Origin: Rickettsiales bacterium | GTDB taxonomy: Bacteria; Pseudomonadota; Alphaproteobacteria; Rickettsiales; UBA998 | NCBI GenBank assembly: GCA_036770365.1 | Contig: DAIPJH010000002.1 | Span: 163,514-227,513, forward strand | Reading direction: 5' to 3' | DNA: 64,000 nt | In this document: positions 41,586 to 51,974 of the stretch, in pieces | Layout: every line of letters starts with the position of its first letter | Numbering within the stretch: position 1 is the first letter of the stretch | Notes under the pieces: generated by a model | The model's input: only the letters and a program-made list of their open reading frames with translations | What the model was told of the DNA's origin: nothing | Database searches by the model: none | Position numbers and translations under genes: made by a program

Positions 41586-42290
41586 ATGGGAAGCCTAAAA
41601 AAACAAAAATTAGTTAAACGTATTGTTAAGCACCCGCACTTTCTACGTGTTGCCTGCCGTTTGGTCTGGGCTTATATATGGCTTGTGTTCCTCACTTCAC
41701 GCATTCGCTATGATATTCATCCAGAGTCCGCGGCCTATATGCGTGGAGAAACGCACGCGATCACAGCATTTTGGCATGGCAGATTATGCATGATCGCTCG
41801 CATTCGCCCTAAAAAACGCGGGATGCATGTACTTATCTCGCACCATAATGACGGCATGTTGATTGCGAAAGTGATGGAACATTTCGGCATCGCAACGATT
41901 CATGGATCAAGTAGTAAAGGTGCGATGACGGCAATGCGCTCACTGATGGTCAAACTGAAAAAAGGTGAAAACATCACCATTACCCCAGACGGCCCTCGCG
42001 GTCCATATCACATTGCCGCAGCGGGCATTGCCCACATTGCTATCCGAACGGGTTGCCCTGTTATCCCGCTTGCCTTTTCGGCGCGCAACCATATCGCGCT
42101 CACAAGTTGGGATAAATTCATGATTCCTAAACCCTTTACAAATATTTTCTACACACTAGGCGCACCTTTAATACCGCCAGAGAGTACAGACGAGAATCAT
42201 ACAGAAGAATTTAGGCTTCTTATCCAAAACAAGCTCAATGAAACGACCAATCACGCAGACATGCTTGCAGGCATTACCATAACCGAGTAA
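41586..42290 (+). CDS. DUF374-type lysophospholipid acyltransferase-like protein
   Basis: FWHGRL...ISHHNDG...ITPDGPRGP pattern. It sits between msbA and waaA. Confidence 0.65.
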   Translation: MGSLKKQKLVKRIVKHPHFLRVACRLVWAYIWLVFLTSRIRYDIHPESAAYMRGETHAITAFWHGRLCMIARIRPKKRGMHVLISHHNDGMLIAKVMEHFGIATIHGSSSKGAMTAMRSLMVKLKKGENITITPDGPRGPYHIAAAGIAHIAIRTGCPVIPLAFSARNHIALTSWDKFMIPKPFTNIFYTLGAPLIPPESTDENHTEEFRLLIQNKLNETTNHADMLAGITITE

Positions 42291-42299
42291 ACAAGGGTT

Positions 42300-43607
42300 A
42301 TGTCTCATTCTAAAATGCCCTTTTCTTTTACACTCTACCGCACCATTACATGGCTGGTTGCGCCCTTTTTGCCATTGTTACTGAGAAACCGCTTAAAAGC
42401 AGGGAAAGAAATAGAAAGTCGCTTAAATGAGCGTTATGGCAAAACTACCATAGCGCGCCCACAAGGCAAACTTATTTGGTTTCACGCCGCGAGTATGGGT
42501 GAACTCACCTCCATATTACCATTAATTTCACTTATCACCGCTCAACATCCCACACTTGCAATCTTAGTGACGACTGTCACCGTGACCTCAGCTAACCTCG
42601 CCGCTACGCGCTTGCCCGAAGGTGTTATCCACCAATTCGCGCCAATTGATACGCCACAAGCTATTCATGCGTTTTTGCATCACTGGCGACCATCTGTTGC
42701 TTATTTTGTCGATTCAGAATTTTGGCCAAATATGCTCCTGATGACTCAAAAAACAGGTTGCAAATTAGTGCTGCTTAATGCGCGGATTTCAGCGCGATCT
42801 TTTACGCAATGGATGCGCCATACGTCTATTATCACCCCAATGCTTGCCTGCTATGATGCTATTTATGCTAAAAGTGCAGTGGATGCTACTCGGCTTCATA
42901 ATTTAGGCGCAAGCAACATCCTAGAAAAAGGTAATTTGAAATTTTCTGCACCTGCCCTTCCCTTTCATAAGCACGCCCTCATAGAAATTCAAAGCCAAAT
43001 AGGTGAGCGTCCTGTTTGGCTTGCCGCCAGCACCCATGAAGGCGAAGAAGCTTATGCTCTGGAAGCCCATAAACAACTTATCTCACAATTTCCTAACCTA
43101 CTCACTATCATCATCCCACGTCATAATTTGCGTGGTGAGGCAATAGTTTCGCTTGCACGTAATGCTGGGCTTACTATCGCTCGACGCAGCCTCGCAGAAA
43201 TAATTTTCCCAAATACCGCCTGTTACATTGCAGATACGATGGGTGAAATGGGTTTATTTTATCGCTTAAGCCCGATTGTTTTTGTTGGCGGGTCATTAGT
43301 AGCACATGGTGGTCAAAATCCCTTTGAACCAGCACGACTAAACTGCGCCATTTGTTACGGTCCTCATATGCAGAATTTCAACGAGTTTTGCGAAGCGTTA
43401 GAACAACGCCACGCAACGTATAAAATCAACAACGCGGTCGAACTTGCACAATTTATCCAGCATTGCCTGCAAGACCCCACCTATCAATCCACGCTAGCCA
43501 ACAATGCCGAAGCCACAGTTGATGCCTGTCAGGGAGCGTTACAAGCCATCTCAGAAGATATACATCGCACTATAGCACAACTGCTTACGTTGGAGGACTC
43601 TCAATGA
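42300..43607 (+). CDS. waaA: 3-deoxy-D-manno-octulosonic acid (Kdo) transferase
   Basis: WFHAASMGE start of the GT30 domain, IIPRH, and GGSLVAHGGQNPFEPA. Confidence 0.9.
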   Translation: MSHSKMPFSFTLYRTITWLVAPFLPLLLRNRLKAGKEIESRLNERYGKTTIARPQGKLIWFHAASMGELTSILPLISLITAQHPTLAILVTTVTVTSANLAATRLPEGVIHQFAPIDTPQAIHAFLHHWRPSVAYFVDSEFWPNMLLMTQKTGCKLVLLNARISARSFTQWMRHTSIITPMLACYDAIYAKSAVDATRLHNLGASNILEKGNLKFSAPALPFHKHALIEIQSQIGERPVWLAASTHEGEEAYALEAHKQLISQFPNLLTIIIPRHNLRGEAIVSLARNAGLTIARRSLAEIIFPNTACYIADTMGEMGLFYRLSPIVFVGGSLVAHGGQNPFEPARLNCAICYGPHMQNFNEFCEALEQRHATYKINNAVELAQFIQHCLQDPTYQSTLANNAEATVDACQGALQAISEDIHRTIAQLLTLEDSQ

Positions 43608-44590
43608 AAACCCCACGCTTCTGGCGAAAGAAATATCATCCTCTCGCCATGCTATTAACGCCACTTTCTTGGGTGTATCATGCCGCACATCGCGCCAATA
43701 TAACGGGTATTGTCCCTGAAATTTTGTCTGTACCTATCATTTGCGTGGGTAATGCGACCGTAGGCGGTGCAGGTAAAACACCGACAGTCATCATGCTGGG
43801 CGACATGCTCAAACACTATGGCTATCATATCCACGCACTCAGCCGCGGTCATGGCGGATCACTACAATCCTGTGTACGCGTAGATACGCATACCCATAGC
43901 AGTGAAGAAGTTGGCGATGAACCCTTACTGATTGCAAAACATATCCCGTGCTGGGTCGCAAAACGTCGCAAAAAAGCGGCAGACGCCGCTATTGCTTCAG
44001 GTGCAAACCTATTGATTATGGATGATGGACTACAAAATCCTAGCCTGTATAAAACTCTCACATTGATGGTCATTGATGGCGGTTTTGGCTTTGGAAATAA
44101 AAAAATATTACCCGCAGGCCCACTGCGAGAACCCCTACATGAAGCTATTGCTAAAAGTGATGGTTTCTTGATCATTGGAGAAGATACTACGCACATCACC
44201 TCATGCTTACCAAAAGACCGACCTATTTTTTATGCCGCCATACAACCTGACATAGAGGTAGCCAAACAACTTCAAGGACAACGCGTATTCGCTTTCGCAG
44301 GTATTGCTCGCCCACAGAAATTCTACGATACATTAACTCAACTCGGTGCGAGCATTGTTGGAACGAAAGATTTTTCTGACCATCAATTTTATGTTCTTGC
44401 AGATCTTCAAGCACTACAGCAAGAAGCAAGCAAACAGAAGGCGATCCTTGTCACAACCGAAAAAGATAGTGTTCGCATCCCTGAGTCTTTTCATACCCTC
44501 GTACATACGCTACCTGTAACCTTGCAATGCGAAACTCCCGATATATTATCAGCATGGATCATACAAACTTTAAAGGATCGTCACGCATGA
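43604..44590 (+). CDS. lpxK: tetraacyldisaccharide 4'-kinase
   Basis: P-loop VGNATVGGAGKTP, RGHGG and ILIMDDGLQN. ATGA overlap with waaA. Confidence 0.9.
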   Translation: MKTPRFWRKKYHPLAMLLTPLSWVYHAAHRANITGIVPEILSVPIICVGNATVGGAGKTPTVIMLGDMLKHYGYHIHALSRGHGGSLQSCVRVDTHTHSSEEVGDEPLLIAKHIPCWVAKRRKKAADAAIASGANLLIMDDGLQNPSLYKTLTLMVIDGGFGFGNKKILPAGPLREPLHEAIAKSDGFLIIGEDTTHITSCLPKDRPIFYAAIQPDIEVAKQLQGQRVFAFAGIARPQKFYDTLTQLGASIVGTKDFSDHQFYVLADLQALQQEASKQKAILVTTEKDSVRIPESFHTLVHTLPVTLQCETPDILSAWIIQTLKDRHA

Positions 44591-45471
44591 AAACACTCAG
44601 TCATGCATTAGAGGCACTTATTATTCGTCTATTGTTTATCTTACTTGGACTCATTGGTATTGACCTTGCTTCAGCCTTCGGAAGTTTTGTTGCGCGCCAT
44701 CTCGCCAGATTTCATAAATCCGATCGTTTGGCACGCGCCAACCTAAAAATGGCAATGCCGGAACTCTCTCCTATGGAGATTGATAACATCGTGGTTGGCA
44801 TATGGGATAATTTAGGGCGCACGATTGCAGAATATCCCTATCTCTCACGCCCAATCATGGCGCAGCGCATGCACATCATCGGCGCGGAGGTCTTCGAACA
44901 GGTGCGTGCAAGCGGCAAATCTGCCTTATTTGTTGGTGGACATTTTGCCAATTGGGAACTCGCGGCCAAAACTGCTGGACTTCACGAGCTTCCCCTTGTG
45001 TTAATCTATCGCCCCGCCAACAACACTATGGTTGATGGTATCATTCGTAAAACGCGCTTAACTTTTGCCCAATCCATGTTTGCTAAAGGACGTAAAGGAG
45101 CGCAAGAACTTCTCAAAGCAATTAAGGAACATAAGCCGATTGGTATGTTAGTGGATCAGAAACTCAATGATGGCATCGCCGTACCGTTTTTTGGGCATGA
45201 TGCCATGACCGCACCTGCCACTGCAGAACTTGCACTTAAGTATGATTTACCAATCTACATGGCACAAGTAGTACGAGAAAAGGGCGCGCATTTTACCATT
45301 ACCATGCATCACCCCTTGCAGTTTGAAAAAACTGGCGATAAAAAAAAGGATGTTTATGCTATTATGCGACGTATCAACGAAACCTTTGAAGACTGGGCGC
45401 GTCAGCACCCTGAACAATGGTTTTGGGTACATCATAGGTGGCCAAAACCTCAAGATAAGATGAAGCAATGA
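44587..45471 (+). CDS. lpxL: lipid A biosynthesis (lauroyl/myristoyl) acyltransferase family
   Basis: GGHFANWEL (HX4D/E-type acyltransferase motif), MLVDQK, and a C-terminal PEQWFWVHHRW. ATGA overlap with lpxK fixes the start at 44587. Confidence 0.8.
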   Translation: MKTLSHALEALIIRLLFILLGLIGIDLASAFGSFVARHLARFHKSDRLARANLKMAMPELSPMEIDNIVVGIWDNLGRTIAEYPYLSRPIMAQRMHIIGAEVFEQVRASGKSALFVGGHFANWELAAKTAGLHELPLVLIYRPANNTMVDGIIRKTRLTFAQSMFAKGRKGAQELLKAIKEHKPIGMLVDQKLNDGIAVPFFGHDAMTAPATAELALKYDLPIYMAQVVREKGAHFTITMHHPLQFEKTGDKKKDVYAIMRRINETFEDWARQHPEQWFWVHHRWPKPQDKMKQ

Positions 45472-45806
45472 ACCCTGCACTCCTTATCATTATTGCGATT
45501 ACGCTACCCACCCTGTTTTTAGCGTTACTGCTAGGACCGATTTATCTTGGCATGTGTGGAAGTGTTTATGTCTACTATGACATGAAAGATTGGAAAGAAT
45601 ATGTCTATAACCCTGATTATGTGATTGGTATCCATCAAGGACTTTACCAATATTGGATGGCGCATAAATCTCAACTAGGTATCATGGATTTCATCGTTCC
45701 CGCATGGGGACCTGTCGCACTAGGTGTATTACTTAGCTGCTGGCTGATCTATAAATTCGGCAAATATCTTTCAAATATTTTTAAATTACAGACTGACCTT
45801 AGTTAG
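45468..45806 (+). CDS. small two-TM membrane protein, unknown function
   Basis: 112-aa ORF with an ATGA overlap onto the lpxL stop. Two hydrophobic helices. Confidence 0.45.
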   Translation: MNPALLIIIAITLPTLFLALLLGPIYLGMCGSVYVYYDMKDWKEYVYNPDYVIGIHQGLYQYWMAHKSQLGIMDFIVPAWGPVALGVLLSCWLIYKFGKYLSNIFKLQTDLS

Positions 45807-47143
45807 GCACGGACGCTACGCTCACCATCACGAAATTCAATACGATAATCTTCACCTTCTTGCACTGCGTTCACAGAGCTGATTGCTCTTCCTTCCGCAT
45901 TACGTACTACCGCAAAACCACGCTCCAATACCTTATGGTACGCCAAATTTTCTAACATTTTATCTGCAAGCACTAACCGCGACGTACTACGCTCGATATG
46001 GCGTGCTAATCCAGCCTCCAACCGCATTTGCTGATGTATAATATATTGTATTTTCAGTGTTAAACCCTGTGCAGGGTGAGGCAAACGCGCCCCCAGACGC
46101 TCCACCACCATCATACGTTTTTGGAGTATGCTCGGCATCACCAATGCAAGACGACTACTCCACTCGTCCACGCGTTGTGCGCGCATTTCCCATAGCTGCA
46201 TCGGGCGAGGAAGCCCTCGTGCCAGCCCTTCAAGTTTTGTATGCGCATAGTGCAGATTGCGGCGCATCGCTTGTTCTAGCCGTAGCCCTGATTGCTTGAC
46301 ACCCATCAACAGTTCTTCGCGCACAGGCACAGCCATCTCTGCCGCTGCGGTAGGCGTTGGCGCACGCACATCTGCTGCATAATCAATCAAGGTGGTGTCC
46401 GTCTCATGCCCCACCGCTGAAATCAGCGGAATCTGCGAGGCTGCTGCCGCACGTACGACAACTTCCTCATTAAATGCCCATAAATCTTCGAGCGAACCAC
46501 CGCCGCGTGCAACGATCAACACATCTGGGCGCGGCACTACTCCGCCCTCAGCCAGCGCATTCATTCCTATAATGGCGCGTGCAATTTCTTCCGCCGCACC
46601 CTCGCCCTGCACCCGCACAGGACAGACCAGCACATGCAGCGGAAACCTGTCTTCAATACGGTGTAAAATATCACGAATCACCGCACCTGTGGGCGAAGTT
46701 ATCACACCAATCACTTTTGGCAAATAAGGCAGCGAACGCTTACGTGAAACATCAAACAAACCTTCTTCCGCAAAAGCTTTTTTACGCTTTTCCAACAATG
46801 CCATCAGCGCACCTGCACCCGCAGGCTCCATCGCTTCAATCACCATCTGATAATTAGAACGCCCTGCATAGATGGTGAGTTTACCTGTGCAGATCACCTC
46901 CACGCCGTCTTCCGGCTTAAAAGTAAAACGCGATGCAACACCTTTCCAGCACACGGCGTTCAGCACCGCATTCTCATCCTTCAAATCCAGGTACAAATGA
47001 CCCGAAGCCGCACGTTTAAAACCAGATATCTCGCCGCGTACGCGCACATATCCAAACGTATCTTCAACCACACGCTTAAGCGCACCAGAGATCTCACTGA
47101 CGCTGTATTCAGGTTGGTTGTGTGTACTGGCTATGGATTGCAT
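45803..47143 (-). CDS. xseA: exodeoxyribonuclease VII large subunit
   Basis: OB-fold N-terminus (VRVRGEISGFKRAASGHLYLDLKD), IGVITSPTGAVIRDI and ARGGGSLEDLWAFNEE. Confidence 0.9.
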   Translation of the reverse strand: MQSIASTHNQPEYSVSEISGALKRVVEDTFGYVRVRGEISGFKRAASGHLYLDLKDENAVLNAVCWKGVASRFTFKPEDGVEVICTGKLTIYAGRSNYQMVIEAMEPAGAGALMALLEKRKKAFAEEGLFDVSRKRSLPYLPKVIGVITSPTGAVIRDILHRIEDRFPLHVLVCPVRVQGEGAAEEIARAIIGMNALAEGGVVPRPDVLIVARGGGSLEDLWAFNEEVVVRAAAASQIPLISAVGHETDTTLIDYAADVRAPTPTAAAEMAVPVREELLMGVKQSGLRLEQAMRRNLHYAHTKLEGLARGLPRPMQLWEMRAQRVDEWSSRLALVMPSILQKRMMVVERLGARLPHPAQGLTLKIQYIIHQQMRLEAGLARHIERSTSRLVLADKMLENLAYHKVLERGFAVVRNAEGRAISSVNAVQEGEDYRIEFRDGERSVRA

Positions 47144-47187
47144 AAATAAGCTATAGAGAAATCAAACTACCCTGAAAAGTCCTAAAC

Positions 47188-47215
47188 TTGACAAATACTA
47201 AGTGTATATTATGGT
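47188..47215 (+). promoter_or_regulatory. candidate sigma70-type promoter for purD
   Basis: TTGACA (47188-47193), a 16-nt spacer, then TATGGT (47210-47215). It would give a leader of about 150 nt containing the two palindromic repeats. Confidence 0.25.
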
Positions 47216-47255
47216 GCGCGCAAATTATTCTCATTATGAATAGCACATTTTTTCG

Positions 47256-47328
47256 CTTGTCATTCCCGCGTAAGCAGGAATCTAGAACAGCAGAAAGATT
47301 AAATTTCAGCTTTCGCTAGAATGAAAAG
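47256..47328. repeat. two inverted copies (B and C) of the short palindromic intergenic repeat
   Basis: Copy B at 47256-47282 reads CTTGTCATTCCCGCGTAAGCAGGAATC. Copy C at 47303-47328, reverse-complemented, reads CTTTTCATTCTAGCGAAAGCTGAAAT. The spurious ATG at 47321 lies inside copy C. Confidence 0.5.
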
Positions 47329-47362
47329 CATAATCAGAAAAAATATAAAAAAGAGGCTCTCC

Positions 47363-48640
47363 ATGACACAATCACTCAATATCCTCGTACTCGGCACTGG
47401 TGGACGCGAACATGCGCTATGTGATGCACTCACGCGCTCTGCTAGTACAGGCAAGGTCTGGTGCGCTACAGGAAATGCTGGGATCGCACAAATCGTGGAA
47501 TGTGTTGCGATCAAAGACGTAGACGCGTGCGTGGCGTTTTGCCAAGCAAACAAGGTGGATTTGGTGGTGGTTGGCCCTGAGCAACCGTTGGTGGATGGTT
47601 GGACGGATGCACTTCGCGCTGCAAATGTGCGTGTATTTGGTCCTTCTGCACAAGCAGCACAGCTTGAAGGCTCAAAAGGCTTCACCAAAGATATGTTAGC
47701 GAAATACAACATCCCATCAGGCAGCTACCAACGCTTTAGCGAATCTGCACCAGCGAAAGCATATCTTAAAAGCCAATCACTCCCGATAGTAATTAAGGCA
47801 GACGGCTTGGCAGCAGGGAAAGGCGTGGTGATTGCCCTGTCGAAAGATGAAGCAGAAACCACAATTGATGAAATGTTTGCAGGCAAGTTTGGTGATGCCA
47901 GCCGCGAAATTGTCATCGAAGAGTTTTTGGACGGTGAAGAGGTGAGTTTCTTTGCGCTATGCGACGGCGAAACGGCCGTCGAATTTGGCTCAGCACAAGA
48001 TCATAAGCGCGTGGGAGATGGTGATACTGGCCCGAATACGGGCGGCATGGGAACATATTGCCCTGCACCAGTGGTAACAGACTGCATCCGCGACATCATT
48101 ATGAAAGATATTATCCTGCCGACCGTCCATGCGATGAAAGCTGAAGGAATGCCGTTTCAAGGTGTATTATTTTGCGGTTTGATGATTGGTAGCAAAGGCC
48201 CTCAGGTGATAGAATATAATGTACGTTTCGGTGACCCAGAAGCGCAAGTGTTGCTGGCACGTTTAGATGATGATTTGGCGGATATTTTATACCGCGCTGC
48301 TGGTGGTGAACTACCCAATCGCCCACTAAAATTCAAGCCCGACGCAGCCGTATGCGTGGTAATGGCAAGCAAAGGCTATCCTGAGAATTACGTCAAAGGC
48401 ACAGTAATTCGTGGCATAGAAAAAGCCGAAACATTAGCAGGAATTAAAGTTTATCACGCGGGTACGACCCTACAAAACGGTGAACTCGTCGCCGTAGGCG
48501 GCCGCGTACTCGGCGTGACCGCACTCGGAAAAGACGTCAAAGCAGCGAGGGCGCAAGCGTATAAAGCGGTAGATAACATTGACTGGCCTGAGGGCTTTTG
48601 CCGTAGGGATATTGCATGGAGAGCATTTAATCGGGGCTAG
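47363..48640 (+). CDS. purD: phosphoribosylamine-glycine ligase
   Basis: ILVLGTGGREHAL N-terminus, ATP-grasp core and GPNTGGMG. An AAGAGG SD precedes the ATG at 47363. Confidence 0.95.
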   Translation: MTQSLNILVLGTGGREHALCDALTRSASTGKVWCATGNAGIAQIVECVAIKDVDACVAFCQANKVDLVVVGPEQPLVDGWTDALRAANVRVFGPSAQAAQLEGSKGFTKDMLAKYNIPSGSYQRFSESAPAKAYLKSQSLPIVIKADGLAAGKGVVIALSKDEAETTIDEMFAGKFGDASREIVIEEFLDGEEVSFFALCDGETAVEFGSAQDHKRVGDGDTGPNTGGMGTYCPAPVVTDCIRDIIMKDIILPTVHAMKAEGMPFQGVLFCGLMIGSKGPQVIEYNVRFGDPEAQVLLARLDDDLADILYRAAGGELPNRPLKFKPDAAVCVVMASKGYPENYVKGTVIRGIEKAETLAGIKVYHAGTTLQNGELVAVGGRVLGVTALGKDVKAARAQAYKAVDNIDWPEGFCRRDIAWRAFNRG

Positions 48641-49169
48641 TCTCGTCCTGTGTAATAAACCTCTGAATCCACGTCATCTGTACAAAGCTAAACACCAACG
48701 ACACCCCCACCAATCCAAAAACTTTGAAGCTAATCCATTGGTCGGTGGTGAGATATCTCCATGCAAATTCATTACACATTGCCATCAACATAAAAAAAAG
48801 CGCATAATTCCGGTGCAAGATATGCCAACCGTGAGAGGTGAGATGAAAAGCTGTGCCAATCACTGCACGTAATGGGTTCTTATGCATTTTCCAACCGACC
48901 CAGACCACAAAACCAAGAATAACATTGACGATTGTTGGCTTCATCTTAATAAAGCTCTCATCATGTAAATAGAGGCTTAAGCCTCCAAACACCGCCACCA
49001 CTGCAGCGGTCAACAACGGCACATAAGGAATTTTACGTTTTTTAATATAATGAAATACCGCAGAGATCATGCTTGAAACAATTAATGCAGCCGTTGCTAC
49101 CATTAAGCCATAGTATTTATTGAGGGCGAAAAAGATAATTAATGGCAAAAAATCAAGGATCAGCATCAT
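48627..49169 (-). CDS. yciB: intracellular septation protein A family (YciB/IspZ)
   Basis: 180 aa with five TM segments. N-terminus LDFLPLIIFF and the internal KMKPTIVN pattern. Confidence 0.75.
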   Translation of the reverse strand: MMLILDFLPLIIFFALNKYYGLMVATAALIVSSMISAVFHYIKKRKIPYVPLLTAAVVAVFGGLSLYLHDESFIKMKPTIVNVILGFVVWVGWKMHKNPLRAVIGTAFHLTSHGWHILHRNYALFFMLMAMCNEFAWRYLTTDQWISFKVFGLVGVSLVFSFVQMTWIQRFITQDETSPD

Positions 49170-49311
49170 ATATTAATCATTTCACAAGGTTTTATTAACA
49201 CAAATATAACAAGACATGTCTAAAGTAAGGCACTTATACTATTAAAGTATTTGACGTAAGCGATTTTTTTACGACAATGCTTATAACATAAAACATGAGG
49301 AAAAAAATAGC

Positions 49312-50031
49312 ATGGAAACCTCTGTCCTTATCGTAGAAGATGAAGCTGCGATTGTCACGATGCTTCGTTATAATTTGGAGCGCGAGGGTTTTCGCGTATT
49401 TACCACAGGTGACGGCGACGAAGCTATCACCATGGTAAAAGAATATAAGCCAGATATTATCGTGCTAGATTGGATGTTGCCGTCTAAGACGGGCGTTGAG
49501 ATCTGTAAAGAACTCCGCTGGAATAATGACACCAAAAACATTCCTATCATCATGCTCTCTGCGCGCGGCGAAGAAGGTGACCGTATTCGCGGGCTGGATT
49601 CAGGTGCGGACGATTACATGGTTAAGCCTTTCTCACCAAGTGAGTTAGTAGCGCGTATCAAAGCGGTGTTCCGCCGTTTGCGTCCGTCGTTATCTGAGCA
49701 AAAACTTGATTTCGCAGGCTGCCATATGGATTTGGCAACTCATAAAGTTACCCGCAACGGCGAAGAAGTGCATCTTAGCCCAACCGAGTTTGGTTTGCTG
49801 CGCTACCTCATGGAGCATCCTGGTCGCGTATTCTCACGCGAGCAATTACTTGATTCAGTCTGGGGTCATGATATTTATGTCGAACTTCGCACCGTAGACG
49901 TACATGTACGCCGCTTGCGTAAAGCCCTCAATTATGATGGCAAGCAAAATGATATTATTCGCACCGTGCGTTCAGCAGGCTATGCAATGGAACTAGGTGG
50001 TCCAAGCTCTGAGGCTAGCGACGAAGAATAA
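49312..50031 (+). CDS. phoB: phosphate-regulon response regulator
   Basis: REC domain (LIVEDE...DIIVLDWMLP...DDYMVKPFSP) plus an OmpR/PhoB winged helix (VHLSPTEFGLLRYLM...VDVHVRRLRKAL...IRTVRSAGY). Confidence 0.85.
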   Translation: METSVLIVEDEAAIVTMLRYNLEREGFRVFTTGDGDEAITMVKEYKPDIIVLDWMLPSKTGVEICKELRWNNDTKNIPIIMLSARGEEGDRIRGLDSGADDYMVKPFSPSELVARIKAVFRRLRPSLSEQKLDFAGCHMDLATHKVTRNGEEVHLSPTEFGLLRYLMEHPGRVFSREQLLDSVWGHDIYVELRTVDVHVRRLRKALNYDGKQNDIIRTVRSAGYAMELGGPSSEASDEE

Positions 50032-50063
50032 TCTTTAGTGCTTTCCTTTTTTATGCTAGATAG

Positions 50064-51974
50064 ATGCGCATGATAGAGGAAAAGCCCACCACGTCACCAA
50101 GTCTTGCTGCTCTGATGCAGATGCGCGTCAGCCGCCGTGATGTGATGCGTACAGGAAGTACCTTTGGCGTTGCAGTACTAGGTAGCTCTATGTTAGGTGG
50201 ACTTTCAAGCTGTGTTCCCCTGCGCACATTTTCCGCCCCTGAATTGAGCTTTACCGAAATTGAAAAATCGGTTTCCGTAACACATCATATTGCAAAAGGC
50301 TATCACGCTACGGCTTTATTACGTTGGGGAGACCCGTTATTCTCTAGCGAAGGAACATTTAATCCCACCACGTTAACACCCCAATCACAAGAAAAACGCA
50401 TTGGTCAAAACTGTGATTACACCGCCTTCATGCCCCTACCGAAAGGTAGCAGCAGTAGCACACACGGCATCTTACATATCAATCATGAATACACCCTATC
50501 TTACCTCATGTTCCCGCCCAAGAAGAAACTTACTCAACAAGAACTTTTGCAACGCGTGCGCATTGAACAGGCCGCCCAAGGATTCTCCACAGTAGAAATT
50601 AAAAAAGATGCGCATGGCTCGTGGCATTACATCCAAGATAGCCGCTATAATCGCCGTGTTACGGCTGGGTCGATTGTAAAATTCAGTGGTCCAGCAGCAG
50701 AACATCCGCGCTTACACAGTATTTCTTGTGAAAATGGCTGCCATGCGCGTGGTACTTTTGGCAATTGCGCAGGCGGGGTAACCCCATGGGGCAGCATACT
50801 AACATGTGAAGAAAATATTGATACTTATTTCACGGGACTAAAACCAAGTAACCCTGAATACCACAACCATAAACGCATGCGTATTGACACGAACGTGGAA
50901 TATGATTGGCATCAGGTCGATGCTCGCTTTGATGTGTCCCTCCACCCCTATGAACCCAATCATTTTGGATGGGTTGTAGAATATGATCCGTATAACCCTG
51001 ACTCTATCCCCACCAAACGCACCGCGCTTGGTCGCTTTAAACACGAGGGTGCAACTACGGTGTTATCTCCTGATGGGCGAGTGGTTGTGTATATGGGTGA
51101 TGATGAAGTATTTCAATATCTTTATCGTTATGTATCAAAAGATTGCTACCAACACAATAATGAAGCACATAACGATCGTTTGTTGGATGAGGGTACGCTT
51201 TATGTTGCGCGTTTTTACAATGACGGTAGCTTAGAATGGATTCCTCTGGTTTTTGGTGAGCATGGCTTAATTCCAGAACATGGCTTTCACTCGCAGGCGG
51301 ATATATTGATTGAAACCCGTTTTGCAGCAGATATTGCAGGCGCAACGCCACTAGATCGACCTGAAGATATTGAAATTCATCCCCACACGGGACATATCTA
51401 TGTCTCACTGACTAAAAACAAAAAACGTAAAGAAGATTCCATTGATAACGTGAATCCCCGTGCGCCGAATCTATACGGACATATTTTAGAACTCATTCCC
51501 ACAGGTAACAGCGACCACGCCGCAACGCATTTCACATGGGATATTTTTTTACAAGCTGGCAACCCGTTTCAAACAAAAGACGCTGCACTCTATCACCCTC
51601 AGACATCCAAAAACGGCTGGTTAACCAATCCTGATAATTTAGCTTTCGACCCTCATGGGCGTCTATGGATTGGCACAGACGGCATGCCTGAATCCAAACA
51701 TACCAATGATGGATTATTTGCTACCCAAACGACGGGAGAGTACCGCGCTCTCACTAAACTCTTTTTTACCGCCCCCACTGGCGCAGAAATCACAGGCCCT
51801 TGTTTTACACAAGATGGTAAAAATCTATTTCTTTCCGTTCAACACCCCGCGGATGACCCTCATTTTGACATTACCAAACCGTCAACACGCTGGCCTGATT
51901 TTGATGTTACCTTACCACCGCGATCGAGCGTGGTGGTGATCACGAAAGATGATAATGGTGTGATAGGTAGTTAA
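50064..51974 (+). CDS. phoX: PhoX-type (DUF839) alkaline phosphatase, Tat-exported
   Basis: Twin-arginine signal VSRRDVMRTGSTFGVAVLG. Beta-propeller PhoX patterns (RPEDIEIHP, NPDNLAFDPHGRLWIGTDG). Located directly after phoB. Confidence 0.75.
   Translation: MRMIEEKPTTSPSLAALMQMRVSRRDVMRTGSTFGVAVLGSSMLGGLSSCVPLRTFSAPELSFTEIEKSVSVTHHIAKGYHATALLRWGDPLFSSEGTFNPTTLTPQSQEKRIGQNCDYTAFMPLPKGSSSSTHGILHINHEYTLSYLMFPPKKKLTQQELLQRVRIEQAAQGFSTVEIKKDAHGSWHYIQDSRYNRRVTAGSIVKFSGPAAEHPRLHSISCENGCHARGTFGNCAGGVTPWGSILTCEENIDTYFTGLKPSNPEYHNHKRMRIDTNVEYDWHQVDARFDVSLHPYEPNHFGWVVEYDPYNPDSIPTKRTALGRFKHEGATTVLSPDGRVVVYMGDDEVFQYLYRYVSKDCYQHNNEAHNDRLLDEGTLYVARFYNDGSLEWIPLVFGEHGLIPEHGFHSQADILIETRFAADIAGATPLDRPEDIEIHPHTGHIYVSLTKNKKRKEDSIDNVNPRAPNLYGHILELIPTGNSDHAATHFTWDIFLQAGNPFQTKDAALYHPQTSKNGWLTNPDNLAFDPHGRLWIGTDGMPESKHTNDGLFATQTTGEYRALTKLFFTAPTGAEITGPCFTQDGKNLFLSVQHPADDPHFDITKPSTRWPDFDVTLPPRSSVVVITKDDNGVIGS

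Noticed and set aside
47321-47362. Upstream ATG for purD (MKSIIRKNIKKRLS extension).
   Set aside because: The ATG lies inside an intergenic palindromic repeat copy. The ATG at 47363 has an AAGAGG SD and gives the conserved purD N-terminus.
49170-49311. Search for a Pho box upstream of phoB and phoX.
   Set aside because: No convincing direct-repeat motif was recognisable by eye, so none is reported as a feature.
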